A stretch of DNA of 64,000 nucleotides from the IMG/VR virus record IMGVR_UViG_3300027976_000033; one strand, 5' to 3'. This DNA comes from a virus. How positions within the stretch are numbered: the first letter of the stretch is position 1; each line of letters starts with the position of its first letter. The notes beneath the pieces were generated by a model. It saw nothing but the letters and a program-made list of their open reading frames with translations, ran no database searches and was not told the DNA's origin. Shown here one piece after another: positions 26,006 to 35,555 of the stretch. Made by a program: the position numbers and the translations under genes.

Positions 26006-26559
26006 AAACTTTAATATTCACATATGGTAGATTTAATCCACCAACACTCGGTCATGAACTAGTATTCAATTTGATGTGCAAGACACGAATGAAATATAAA
26101 AATGCAGAAACTATGGTTGTACTAAGCCATTCTAATGATAAGAATAAAAACCCGTTGGATATAGACTTTAAATTCAACATATTGTCTGAATCATATCCGA
26201 CTATGAATTTCGTTAAAGCATCGTCACATCATCCATCGTTTATTCAACATCTAACACTGGCTTCACCAAATTATGACAAATTAATTTTTGTGTGTGGTGA
26301 AGATCGTGTTAAAGAATATAAGCGATTATTGAATAACTACAACCATCTCGATTTTAATTTCAAAGAAATAGAAGTGATTTCTGTCGGAAAAAGAGATGAA
26401 AGCGACGATGTTTCTGGAATTAGTGGTTCTAAAATGAGACAGTTTGTTAAAGATAGTGATAAAGAATCATTTAAGCTTAATTGTCCATTAGCATTTAGTG
26501 AAGGCTTTAAAAATGTTACATACAATTATTTGAGAGTAAAGGAGAAAGATGATGAGTAA
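26002..26559 (+). CDS. cytidylyltransferase-family nucleotidyltransferase (NMN/NaMN adenylyltransferase or PPAT-like)
   Basis: FTYGRFNPPTLGHE (HxGH motif) and ISGSKMRQ (ISSTxxR-like). Confidence 0.55.
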   Translation: MKTLIFTYGRFNPPTLGHELVFNLMCKTRMKYKNAETMVVLSHSNDKNKNPLDIDFKFNILSESYPTMNFVKASSHHPSFIQHLTLASPNYDKLIFVCGEDRVKEYKRLLNNYNHLDFNFKEIEVISVGKRDESDDVSGISGSKMRQFVKDSDKESFKLNCPLAFSEGFKNVTYNYLRVKEKDDE

Positions 26560-26588
26560 CACTATAGAAAAATCAATCAATGAACGCA
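26544..26588 (+). repeat. 45-bp direct repeat copy A (copy B at 27370-27414, 1 mismatch)
   Basis: agaaagatgatgagtaacac[t/g]atagaaaaatcaatcaatgaacgc; copy A spans the 3' end of the NMNAT-like gene, copy B is internal to ORF 27160. Confidence 0.8.
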
Positions 26589-26610
26589 ACCGAGCAGAGC
26601 AGGCTAGCCA
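26589..26610 (+). repeat. 22-bp exact direct repeat accgagcagagcaggctagcca (second copy 26821-26842)
   Basis: exact match seen in sequence. Confidence 0.8.
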
Positions 26611-26842
26611 TAAACTAGCATATATCATGCAGCGCGAAGGCCTCCCAATGGACGCGCAGCTAATGACCGCTGTCGCGGCTGAGATTGAAGCATTCTGGAA
26701 TAAAATGGGAGCCAAGACCATGGAGCCCGATCAAACGCAAAGGAACCCCCCCAATGACCAATAACCCAATACCCTGCGCCGATGATGAGCGCAAGGCAAC
26801 CACCCAACAGATAATCAGCGACCGAGCAGAGCAGGCTAGCCA

Positions 26843-27163
26843 ATGACCTGCCACACATTCACAACATTCATCCAGCGCGGCGATGACGAACTGGAAGTCC
26901 GCGTCACCTATAGCGTCTCGCCATTTATCGCACAGACATATTGGCAACCAGCTGAAGGCGGCGACTGTGAAATCATCAATGCCGAGTTTGTCGGGATCGA
27001 TGTCGCTGGTCGGATCGCAGACTTCAATGATGCAGAATATGAAGCTCTGCAAATCGAGTGTGAAGAACGGGCAGGTAGCGACGAACAGGACGCCGCCGCT
27101 GATTATGCAGATTATAGATATGAACAACACCGTGACCAGCAAATGATGGAGAAATTAACATGA
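26843..27163 (+). CDS. hypothetical protein (GC-rich island)
   Basis: ORF in high-GC segment; stop overlaps next start. Confidence 0.45.
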   Translation: MTCHTFTTFIQRGDDELEVRVTYSVSPFIAQTYWQPAEGGDCEIINAEFVGIDVAGRIADFNDAEYEALQIECEERAGSDEQDAAADYADYRYEQHRDQQMMEKLT

Positions 27164-27597
27164 CCGATATACCACAGTGGGCTTATGATAGAGCGCGCGA
27201 ACTGCGCGGAGGTTTTGGTACTTTTCAAGACCACGACAGAACCTTCGCCCTCTACATAAGCGAGCATGAAGACCCGCCAGAAGACCCGCTGCTACAGCAG
27301 GCGCTGGATATCGCTGCGGATGTTTATCTTAAGGCAGGATATAACAGCGATTTCACTGATAAGATTAGTAGAAAGATGATGAGTAACACGATAGAAAAAT
27401 CAATCAATGAACGCGATCGCCAATTGGCTTTTAATGCGCTGAATGGTGCTTATGGCGATGGCTCGAATGGCTGCGCTGATCTGGCTTTGGCTATTGCACA
27501 GAACCGTATTTTTGGGATGACTTATGAAAAAGTTAAATCCAATGATAAAGCCTTAGAAGCCACCGTGAAAGAAGATATTGAGAGGAATATAGGATGA
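27160..27597 (+). CDS. hypothetical protein (GC-rich island)
   Basis: coupled ORF chain; contains the internal copy of the 45-bp repeat. Confidence 0.5.
   Translation: MTDIPQWAYDRARELRGGFGTFQDHDRTFALYISEHEDPPEDPLLQQALDIAADVYLKAGYNSDFTDKISRKMMSNTIEKSINERDRQLAFNALNGAYGDGSNGCADLALAIAQNRIFGMTYEKVKSNDKALEATVKEDIERNIG
27370..27414 (+). repeat. 45-bp direct repeat copy B
   Basis: see copy A. Confidence 0.8.
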
Positions 27598-28067
27598 TCA
27601 ATGAAACAATAATGGGTGATCCAGTGATGGCTGATACGATAGAGCCGACGCTATTCGAACGCATTGGCAAAGCTGAATGGGGTGCGACAAAAGCGCAGAC
27701 AGCGAAAGAACATGGAGCTTCCATGAAAAAATCAGTTGAGATTACCGCCGAATATTTCGAGCAGGATGGGCCGCAACAATTGAACGGCCTGTATATTGCT
27801 GGAACTGAAACAGTTATCTGTCACACTGGAACAAGCCCGAATAGTCCAGAGATAGCGGCGAAATTGACTGAACTGTGGAACGATCAGGACGCCACCCTAT
27901 CCCAGGCGGCTCAAACGCGGAAGGTGATTGAGGATTGTGTTGAGGCTTTGGAATACGCAAAAGAAGCAATCGAATTTGCTTATATGGTCTCACTAGAACA
28001 GCCCCGCGAGATAGAAATGACCCGCACAGCCATCACCGCCGCCAAAGCATATCTAGGAGAGAAGTGA
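27594..28067 (+). CDS. hypothetical protein (GC-rich island)
   Basis: coupled ORF. Confidence 0.5.
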   Translation: MINETIMGDPVMADTIEPTLFERIGKAEWGATKAQTAKEHGASMKKSVEITAEYFEQDGPQQLNGLYIAGTETVICHTGTSPNSPEIAAKLTELWNDQDATLSQAAQTRKVIEDCVEALEYAKEAIEFAYMVSLEQPREIEMTRTAITAAKAYLGEK

Positions 28068-28101
28068 TGGGAACACTGTTGTTAGGCGGTCTTTATATAA
28101 T

Positions 28102-28350
28102 TTGCTGTTTCTTTTTTATTGCCAGTCTGGGCGCAGTGATCGATCTATGGTGGGACCAATGACCGACCTAAGCAAACGCCTGAAAGCTGAGAGCGTCCCG
28201 GATCGGGAACTGGATGCGGATATTGCTTGCGCGCTCCATGAGGGCATCGGGCATGATGCCCCGCCAGACAATACGACTGCCCGGAATGGTAAATTCTGTC
28301 ACGGAAGCCAGCCCGGCAATTATGACGTTCATGTCTTAAGTGGATTGTAG
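28102..28350 (+). CDS. hypothetical protein (GC-rich island)
   Basis: ORF. Confidence 0.35.
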   Translation: MLFLFYCQSGRSDRSMVGPMTDLSKRLKAESVPDRELDADIACALHEGIGHDAPPDNTTARNGKFCHGSQPGNYDVHVLSGL

Positions 28351-28379
28351 ACGGAAATGCAGCCGTAATTATTTAAAAT

Positions 28380-28387
28380 TATAAATA
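28380..28387 (+). promoter_or_regulatory. T4-type late promoter octamer TATAAATA
   Basis: exact octamer about 235 nt upstream of the 760-aa ORF. Confidence 0.35.
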
Positions 28388-28393
28388 TATAGT

Positions 28394-28412
28394 GCAAGAA
28401 CAGTTCTTGCAT
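28394..28412. repeat. perfect 19-bp palindrome tgcaagaacagttcttgca
   Basis: seen in sequence. Confidence 0.7.
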
Positions 28413-28417
28413 AACGG

Positions 28418-28564
28418 TTAGGCCAAGGCAATCCCGTTTAACAAAGATAAGTCTTAGGAAAACTCTTTGATGTTATTATATGTTTATCAACTCATCCGCG
28501 ACAGAAACGCTACTTCTCCAAAGCTAGATACTATGTCGGAGAAATGGGATTGTCCTTGGCCTAA
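28418..28564. repeat. 147-bp element bounded by 18/19-bp terminal inverted repeats (ttaggccaagg-caatccc / gggattgtccttggcctaa)
   Basis: long-range inverted repeat flanking about 110 bp non-coding; candidate structured 5'UTR RNA or MITE-like element. Confidence 0.4.
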
Positions 28565-28622
28565 TTAAGTTTGTCTTTCGAGATTTCTCGGAGGGCTTTT
28601 TTTATACGCAGAAAAAGAAGAT

Positions 28623-30905
28623 ATGGAAAACAAACAAGTAGAAGCAGAAGAACTTGATGAAGTTCTCAGTATTGCTCAGAGACAGAAACGATCTCAAATC
28701 ATTCGTGCAAATAAGAACAAGCTTAAGATAGCTCGTCGTGTTGCTAGAGGCAAACATGCTCCACAGAAGATAATTAAAAAGAGAGCATATGCATTAGCAC
28801 GTAAAATTATTAGAAGAAAATTTGCAGGTAAAAGAGGCGCCGATTATGCCAATCTTTCAGTTTCAGAAAAGATGGTCATCGATAAGGCAATAGAATCTAA
28901 AACCAAACTTATTAAAAAATTAGCATTAAGACTAATTCCTCGCATACAAAATATGGAATCGAAAAGATTACAATCATTCATGGCAGGTAAAAAACTAGAA
29001 AACTTGGGTAAAAAAGAAATGGCCGAATCATTAAACGAAAAATTTGCTGAAATTATTGGTAAAAAGAAAGAAGAAAAAGATAAAGAAAAATCTGTTAAAG
29101 TTAGTTCTTCTCCCAATATTAAATTCTATAGAAAATTTTCAGAAGAAAAAGAACTAGAAACACCAACGTTCTTGGCTCTTAAGAAAAAGTCAGATTCTAG
29201 TAACATAGATATCGATATACTAGGTGAAGTATATAATCGTGGTTGTGATTGCTGGAAAGAATCATATAACTATTCCATGGAACAGTATGCATTTGCTAGA
29301 GTTAATTCATTCATTAATATGGGTAAAACATACTTTAAAGAAGATGCCGATCTTCATGAAGCCCAACTCGCTCGCGTTGGATCTCCAGGCGCTTCTTCTC
29401 GCAGATGGATCGATCATGTAACCAAAAAGAGAACTGAATTATCTCAATCGCGCCGCAAAAATGCTAAGAAACTTGAAGTAGTAGAATCATCTTCTCGTGC
29501 CGAAAGCCCGGCATTTAAAGACGCTCAGAAAAATCTCGCTGATTTGAAAGCCGGTAAAGTTAAGCGTGAATATAAACCGAGAGAACAGAGCCTTGATCAG
29601 AGAATTAAATCGCAGAATAAAGCATGGGCTAAAGAAGATCATGCTACAGCCGAACACCATCGCAAAGCACATAATGATCTTAAAAAAGAACACGGTGAAA
29701 GCTTTAAGATGGAAGATGATTTAGATGCTGGTAATCACAAAAAATGGGGATTCAGTGACGAAGAAGCCCGTGGCGCACATGAAGAAATTGGCTACCACAA
29801 TGATAAAGTTCGTCAAAAATTGCAGCATCATCATAACAAGTTTCATAAAGCCGTTTCTGGATACGAAGAATTGTCCGGTAAGCAATATAGAGGCAAACTT
29901 CATGAAGCAGTTGATCCAGATTATGAAAAGAAGCTTCAAGCACATGTTGAATTATCTAAAAAGCTTATAGATAAATATGGTGGAATACATCAGAGAACAC
30001 CAAAGGGTAATGGATTTGTACATGCAGCAGCATTTGGAAAGCCAGATCATGTTGTTCTTCGTAATAATCATGAAGACGATAGAATAGTCCATATTAAACA
30101 TTTAAAGACTGAGCAGGATTATATGAAGAAAGAATCTATGGATGAAGCTTGGACGGAAAAAGACAGATTTGGTAAAGACGTTGTTAATGTAAAAAATCCA
30201 TATGGTAAAGGATTTAGTCAACAGGGTGTTCATATAGTCAATGGAAAAGAAGTACCTAGCTGTGTAAAGAACACCAATGAAGAAGCAGAAATAGATGAAT
30301 CTAACAATACACCACATGTTAGACCACATTTTGGCGATGTTAATAATACTGAAGCTCAAACTGGTTGGAAAGCATCTAATAAGCATGGTAAAGTAAAATT
30401 GTTTGGAATGAAGTTCAAAGATTCTGCTAACAGACATGCTGGCATTAATGAGTCGAGTTCTAAATTTGGTGCGGCATGGGACCCATACACACCAGACGGC
30501 CCAGCATACCCAAAGGCTGCTTATAGTAAAACAACTGGAAAGTTGAATAAAAAGAGTGCAGCTTTCAAACAACACGTAAAAGATCATTATCCTAAACATC
30601 TTCATAAGCAATACGGTATTAATGAAGAATCAATAGTTGAAGGCGATCCTAATCCGGCGCATAGGGAAGTTGGCACAGACTCAGCAACTAAAATATTTGC
30701 TAATGACACACCGGGTCAATGTAAGCATACAAAATGTGGTACACCAGATTGTTGTGGTGAATGTAAGTCTGTAAAAGAGGGTTCAATCGAAGGAATTCCA
30801 GTAGTACATACCAATTCTTCTGATACGAAACGAGTGAAGGTCAAAAGTGCAAGTGGCAAAATGGTCTGGAGAAACGTCAGATCATCTAGAGATATAATTA
30901 AATAG
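28623..30905 (+). CDS. large Lys/Glu/His-rich protein, candidate virion-internal protein
   Basis: 760-aa ORF, strongly basic low-complexity N-terminal half; no enzymatic motifs recognised. Confidence 0.55.
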   Translation: MENKQVEAEELDEVLSIAQRQKRSQIIRANKNKLKIARRVARGKHAPQKIIKKRAYALARKIIRRKFAGKRGADYANLSVSEKMVIDKAIESKTKLIKKLALRLIPRIQNMESKRLQSFMAGKKLENLGKKEMAESLNEKFAEIIGKKKEEKDKEKSVKVSSSPNIKFYRKFSEEKELETPTFLALKKKSDSSNIDIDILGEVYNRGCDCWKESYNYSMEQYAFARVNSFINMGKTYFKEDADLHEAQLARVGSPGASSRRWIDHVTKKRTELSQSRRKNAKKLEVVESSSRAESPAFKDAQKNLADLKAGKVKREYKPREQSLDQRIKSQNKAWAKEDHATAEHHRKAHNDLKKEHGESFKMEDDLDAGNHKKWGFSDEEARGAHEEIGYHNDKVRQKLQHHHNKFHKAVSGYEELSGKQYRGKLHEAVDPDYEKKLQAHVELSKKLIDKYGGIHQRTPKGNGFVHAAAFGKPDHVVLRNNHEDDRIVHIKHLKTEQDYMKKESMDEAWTEKDRFGKDVVNVKNPYGKGFSQQGVHIVNGKEVPSCVKNTNEEAEIDESNNTPHVRPHFGDVNNTEAQTGWKASNKHGKVKLFGMKFKDSANRHAGINESSSKFGAAWDPYTPDGPAYPKAAYSKTTGKLNKKSAAFKQHVKDHYPKHLHKQYGINEESIVEGDPNPAHREVGTDSATKIFANDTPGQCKHTKCGTPDCCGECKSVKEGSIEGIPVVHTNSSDTKRVKVKSASGKMVWRNVRSSRDIIK

Positions 30906-31146
30906 GAAATTAAAATAACACTACCACGTATCATAAGAGACATCATGTATTTAAGCAAATCAAATGACAAAACACTTGAGACTAAGTCGGGTGCAGCTGA
31001 AGAAAAAATAGATAGACCGGAACAAATGAGTAAAGCTGATATAGTTGCAAATAGGTATCTAAGAAAACCATTGCACAATGCACAGCTTAAATCAAAAATA
31101 ATTGATAATACGTAATTAATAAATAAAAGAAAAAAGGTTTTATTAC

Positions 31147-32436
31147 ATGACAAGCATTAAAGACATCATTAAAAATATTACTGCATCGGTTACTCTTATC
31201 GCTGAAGAAGTGAATAATGTGGAGCCGGAAGCAGTTGTTGAAGAAGAGCAGATAGATGAACTATCAAAGAATACTCTAATAAAGTATAGTACCAAGTCAA
31301 CGAAAGATCAGTTTAATGCTGCTTTTGACGGTGATAATGACCGCATTTCAAAGAGAGCTAAAGGTGAGACGATGACTCGCAAAAAGATTGACAAACTTAC
31401 TAAAGAAGATGTAATGAACAGAGAAGAATTAGAAATCAGTGGTGTCTTTAATGAAGACGAAATCAATCGTTTAGATGAAATATCTAAGGGTGCCGTGGCT
31501 AATTATATTGGCAAAGCTTCAACTGATGTGCACAACACTGCATATAGAGCTGGTAAAAAAGATGGTGATCTAAAAAACTTCGACACTGACGGTATTCTAA
31601 AAAGTATTAAAAGACAGATGTCTATCAAAAAAGCTGCTTCTAGACTTGCTAAAGAAGAAGTAGAAATCACTGAAGCACGAGAACGTACACCAAATTTTAG
31701 ATTTACACACAAGCCTGGTGATAAAGGATCTGAAAAGAAGCTTGCTGATCTTAAAGCTAATAAAGCTCCACATGAAGTTGTTTCTATGAAGCCCCGCCTT
31801 GGCAAGAACAGTCCACATGCTGATCTATATAAGAAAGGCGGAGAGCTTAGTCGCAAAGATATAAAAAAGCAACACGCTAGTCATTTTGACGTATATGTTC
31901 ACCCAAAACATGATCATCCACATTGGACAAAAATTCGTGATGCCGAAGCTGATGAAAACCGCAAAAGTCATATATCTAATAACAATGCACTAAAAACCAA
32001 ATTTGATAGTGTTGCTCATAAGACACTAACAAAACATGGGTATGATAAGGTCGGCGAAAGCCCACATGATACGGTGTATGCACACTTTAATAATAAGACC
32101 GGTGTGCATCACACCGCGACTATTAGTAAGGCTGGCGTAGCAGCTGCTTTCCATACAAACAAGGCAACCGGCTCTACGTTTCACTCGTGGACAACATCGC
32201 ATGCAGATCATCATAAAGAAACCATGGATAATTTGCCGGTAAAATTCGAAGCTCATGTTATAGGTGAACATGAACAGCATCATAAAATTCACCACAGTAT
32301 GAGAGAAGATTTTCAAATTGACTTTGAAAAAGAGCTCATAGAACATGAAGAGTATGGTTTAGGTAATATCATATATGAAAACGATGAAACGGTAGAAGTA
32401 GCATTCGAAACCGGCATTATTTTGTTAAATAAATAA
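31147..32436 (+). CDS. Lys/His-rich protein, candidate virion-internal protein
   Basis: 429-aa ORF; shares short K/H-rich motifs with the 28623, 33687 and 56508 products. Confidence 0.55.
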   Translation: MTSIKDIIKNITASVTLIAEEVNNVEPEAVVEEEQIDELSKNTLIKYSTKSTKDQFNAAFDGDNDRISKRAKGETMTRKKIDKLTKEDVMNREELEISGVFNEDEINRLDEISKGAVANYIGKASTDVHNTAYRAGKKDGDLKNFDTDGILKSIKRQMSIKKAASRLAKEEVEITEARERTPNFRFTHKPGDKGSEKKLADLKANKAPHEVVSMKPRLGKNSPHADLYKKGGELSRKDIKKQHASHFDVYVHPKHDHPHWTKIRDAEADENRKSHISNNNALKTKFDSVAHKTLTKHGYDKVGESPHDTVYAHFNNKTGVHHTATISKAGVAAAFHTNKATGSTFHSWTTSHADHHKETMDNLPVKFEAHVIGEHEQHHKIHHSMREDFQIDFEKELIEHEEYGLGNIIYENDETVEVAFETGIILLNK

Positions 32437-32465
32437 TATTAAGAAAAGAATAATAGGAGAACTAA

Positions 32466-33041
32466 ATGACTTGGGGAAATACAGATGATGCAGCAAACTC
32501 AGTAAGTTATGCACCATCACAAGCAGGTAAAACATCTAATACAGGTAATCAGACAGCATTGTTTGGTAATACAACAGTTGGTACCTTTGAAGCCGGAAAA
32601 GCAACTGGACAATTTGGTGTTTCAACTGCCGAAATGGCAAATACAGGCGGCGAAGCTCAGAAAGTAACTCATGCTGGTTGGGTGTTAAGAAATGCCGGAA
32701 CTGGTTCGATCGAATCTATCGTAGTTAGTGTAGGCGGCACTACATATAACAATACTGATGTTATCAGTATCACTAGTGATACAGCAAACGCTGCAGCAAC
32801 TTTAACTACAAATGCTACAGGTGGTATTACATCTGTAACAATTACCAACGCAGGCGCTGGCTTCGTTGCAGTTAATCCAACAGTTCTTATTGCTAATTCT
32901 ACCGCAGGCGCAACTGGTGGTTCTGGTGCAACTCTTGTTGCAACTGCTGGTGGCAGAGCAGGTAGAGTAAATTACGAAACATTAGTTGCAATGGGCAGTA
33001 TTACTGGCGATGCAACTGACGACGCATTACTACCAGAATAA
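32466..33041 (+). CDS. Gly/Thr/Ala-rich putative structural protein
   Basis: composition typical of fibrous or surface structural proteins. Confidence 0.45.
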   Translation: MTWGNTDDAANSVSYAPSQAGKTSNTGNQTALFGNTTVGTFEAGKATGQFGVSTAEMANTGGEAQKVTHAGWVLRNAGTGSIESIVVSVGGTTYNNTDVISITSDTANAAATLTTNATGGITSVTITNAGAGFVAVNPTVLIANSTAGATGGSGATLVATAGGRAGRVNYETLVAMGSITGDATDDALLPE

Positions 33042-33056
33042 TTGGGATATTAAATT

Positions 33057-33302
33057 ATGACTAGTAGAGCTAGAAAAATAAATGAATTGCCCGCGGCTAC
33101 AACTATTGACTCTGATGATCTTATCGTTATAGAAAAGGTTACTGGAGCCAACAGTGTAACGTCGCAAATTAATGGAAACAATTTGAAAACCGCATTATTT
33201 GCCGGACCGTATGATGACGATACAGCTGCAGCAGCAGGAACTGTATTATTAGGTGAACCATATTATACGACAACAGGTGCGCTTAGAATTAGAATAGTGT
33301 AA
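33057..33302 (+). CDS. hypothetical protein
   Basis: ORF. Confidence 0.4.
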   Translation: MTSRARKINELPAATTIDSDDLIVIEKVTGANSVTSQINGNNLKTALFAGPYDDDTAAAAGTVLLGEPYYTTTGALRIRIV

Positions 33303-33306
33303 TTAT

Positions 33307-33687
33307 ATGAACCCCGAAATGTTGAATGACGACAATTTTCTTCTTTATGCAGCAAGACATTATGACAGTTCACAATGTCATGATCCAAAAGAATTTGACG
33401 ACGATTTAAAGAGATTTAAATACATTAAAAGATTATTTGGAAAATACAAAGATGGTGGTGAATTGAGAGAACGATTAATCTTAAATCATATCATTATTAT
33501 CTATAATGTATTCGGTGCAGGAGCTACTAAAATGTTATTTTATAAGTTGCACATGTATCAAGAATATTTAAAACCGTTTGTGGTTCTACTAAATATGATG
33601 CCAGATAAAATAGAAAACGAGACTATCATATACGCAAGTGATATACATATGGATGATCATATCGTTGGTGTATTAAGGAAACTTTAA
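33307..33687 (+). CDS. hypothetical protein
   Basis: ORF. Confidence 0.5.
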   Translation: MNPEMLNDDNFLLYAARHYDSSQCHDPKEFDDDLKRFKYIKRLFGKYKDGGELRERLILNHIIIIYNVFGAGATKMLFYKLHMYQEYLKPFVVLLNMMPDKIENETIIYASDIHMDDHIVGVLRKL

Positions 33688-34352
33688 TGAATATTGAAAC
33701 TGTAGATAAACACATTGGTGCATTAAGATCTAAATTTAAAACGACAGCGCCAAGACATGCAACATATCATAGAGATGGGTCTGATATACCAAATGTAAAA
33801 TATGTAAAAAGCGATGAAGATCATCAAAAGATCTTTAATCATCTAAAGAAAAGTGGTTTTAAAAAAACTGAAGGATACGATCCAAACCCAAACACTTGGT
33901 CCATGGGTCATTCGGCTGAAAGAATGTATTCTTATTCAGATCCAGTTCATCATAAGGATGGTTTATCAGTACATATTTCTAAAGAGCATAAGGGTATGAC
34001 ACATGTTCACTTCTCTCATAAGCGCAAACTTAAAGAAGAATTCATCAAAGAAGAGCAAATTACTAGTAATGTCGCAGCTCTAGAAGCTCCATTCAGAAAA
34101 ATTGCTGATGAACTTAAAACAAATTCAGTTTCTTTAAAGAAAAGAAATGAAAAGATGTCTAATGCATTTGAGCATTATCACAATATGTATAATCATCTAG
34201 CAATACAATCAAGTTTGAATAGACCAGAAAACGTGGCACACATTTTTGAAACGTTAGATGAAGATGGTGCTAAATTCATCAATGAAATATTAGATGAAAA
34301 TGAACAGCAGACGGTGCTAGAAGAATTAAAAAATATTGGAATAGAATTATGA
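33687..34352 (+). CDS. hypothetical His/Lys-rich protein
   Basis: ORF. Confidence 0.5.
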   Translation: MNIETVDKHIGALRSKFKTTAPRHATYHRDGSDIPNVKYVKSDEDHQKIFNHLKKSGFKKTEGYDPNPNTWSMGHSAERMYSYSDPVHHKDGLSVHISKEHKGMTHVHFSHKRKLKEEFIKEEQITSNVAALEAPFRKIADELKTNSVSLKKRNEKMSNAFEHYHNMYNHLAIQSSLNRPENVAHIFETLDEDGAKFINEILDENEQQTVLEELKNIGIEL

Positions 34353-34510
34353 CCAATGAAGAAGCTCCAACAAATTCAGCAGGCGGTGGGCAAGTGGCAG
34401 CAATTGGTGTAGGTCCAGATGGCGAACCGCCAGCAAAAAAGAAAAAGAAAGACGCTACATTTAAGCGCATGTCGTCTTTTAAAGATTATCTTGTAAAGGG
34501 TAAGGTTTAA
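34349..34510 (+). CDS. hypothetical small basic protein
   Basis: 53-aa ORF with start and stop coupled to both neighbours. Confidence 0.3.
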   Translation: MTNEEAPTNSAGGGQVAAIGVGPDGEPPAKKKKKDATFKRMSSFKDYLVKGKV

Positions 34511-34983
34511 TGTTTACTGGTATTTTGATGAAAATTGGATTTAGCATACTTGGCGGATTTAAATGGATCGGCCAGTTTCTAAAAGATAATTGGAAATGGG
34601 TGCTTCCTATTCTATTAGCCCTTGGTGCTTATTGGTATCACAACCATGCTGTAAAAACTGCATACGGAAATGGATATCTGGGTGGTGTTAAAGATGAACA
34701 GGCAGCCATTCAAGAAAGAATGGATGCTGAAAATAAAAAGAATCGCGAATTCGAGCAGATGTTAAATAGTGCAATAAGTGAATTCGGTAGAGGATTGATT
34801 ACTGAAACGGCTGAAAGAGTTGCAATCGAAGCGAAATTGAATAAATCAATTCAAACGATTATTAGAGACAATCCTATCTATGAACAGTGCCAGGTAGATC
34901 AGGGTGTTACTGATGCTAGAAATCAGATTAGAAAATTGGGACCCGGTCCCGTGGCTAGAATGGAATTACCAGATGCAGAATAA
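34510..34983 (+). CDS. inner-membrane spanin (Rz-like)
   Basis: N-terminal TM helix then charged coiled-coil periplasmic domain; followed by overlapping lipoprotein gene. Confidence 0.6.
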   Translation: MFTGILMKIGFSILGGFKWIGQFLKDNWKWVLPILLALGAYWYHNHAVKTAYGNGYLGGVKDEQAAIQERMDAENKKNREFEQMLNSAISEFGRGLITETAERVAIEAKLNKSIQTIIRDNPIYEQCQVDQGVTDARNQIRKLGPGPVARMELPDAE

Positions 34984-35299
34984 AATTATAATAGTGATCG
35001 CTAGCCTCGCCCTTGCAGGATGCGCTACAACTCATGAATTTACACCAGATGGTGTAACACCTGTTCGAATTCCAGATTTACCAGCAGGGCTTTCTATTAA
35101 GGCCAACCAGATGCCACAAATTGAAAGCAACAGTATGGGAGCACATGTTAGTGCTGGTGTTGATGCTGATATTGCTTATAACGATGTCGCATTTAAATAT
35201 AACCATTTAATTGATTTATACAATTGTGTTAAGCAATCAATTAACAATAAAACAGATTTGAAAGAGTGTTTAGATGGCCCAGCCGAATCCACTAGATAA
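34973..35299 (+). CDS. outer-membrane spanin lipoprotein (Rz1-like)
   Basis: signal peptide with lipobox LALAG|C; start overlaps the last 11 nt of the i-spanin gene. Confidence 0.6.
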   Translation: MQNKIIIVIASLALAGCATTHEFTPDGVTPVRIPDLPAGLSIKANQMPQIESNSMGAHVSAGVDADIAYNDVAFKYNHLIDLYNCVKQSINNKTDLKECLDGPAESTR

Positions 35300-35498
35300 T
35301 AAACAAGCAATAGTTCAATATATTCTTTCGAATATAACGAAGCTTGCAAACAGTGCCAACCCCGATGATGCTCGTCAGTTGATCATGTTGGTTGCTGCAA
35401 TATCTCTATTGAATCTTGGAAACACCTCTCAGATAATTTCTAGTGCTCGTCGTGTTGCTCAATTGTCTATGATTAAATCGAAATCTAAAAAGAAATAA
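35274..35498 (+). CDS. hypothetical protein
   Basis: ORF. Confidence 0.35.
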   Translation: MAQPNPLDNKQAIVQYILSNITKLANSANPDDARQLIMLVAAISLLNLGNTSQIISSARRVAQLSMIKSKSKKK

Positions 35499-35555
35499 AT
35501 ACAATATGATTTGATGACTTTTCTCTGTAATGTATAATTAAATAGGAGAAATAGA

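Noticed and set aside
26660-27142. 160-aa minus-strand ORF in the GC-rich island
   Set aside because: The plus-strand ORFs form a chain with overlapping stop/start codons; GC-rich DNA yields long spurious frames on both strands.
28418-28564. tRNA or group I intron at the inverted-repeat element
   Set aside because: No cloverleaf can be drawn (no acceptor/T-arm consensus GTTC) and there are no P/Q/R/S intron core elements; it is left as an unexplained structured element.
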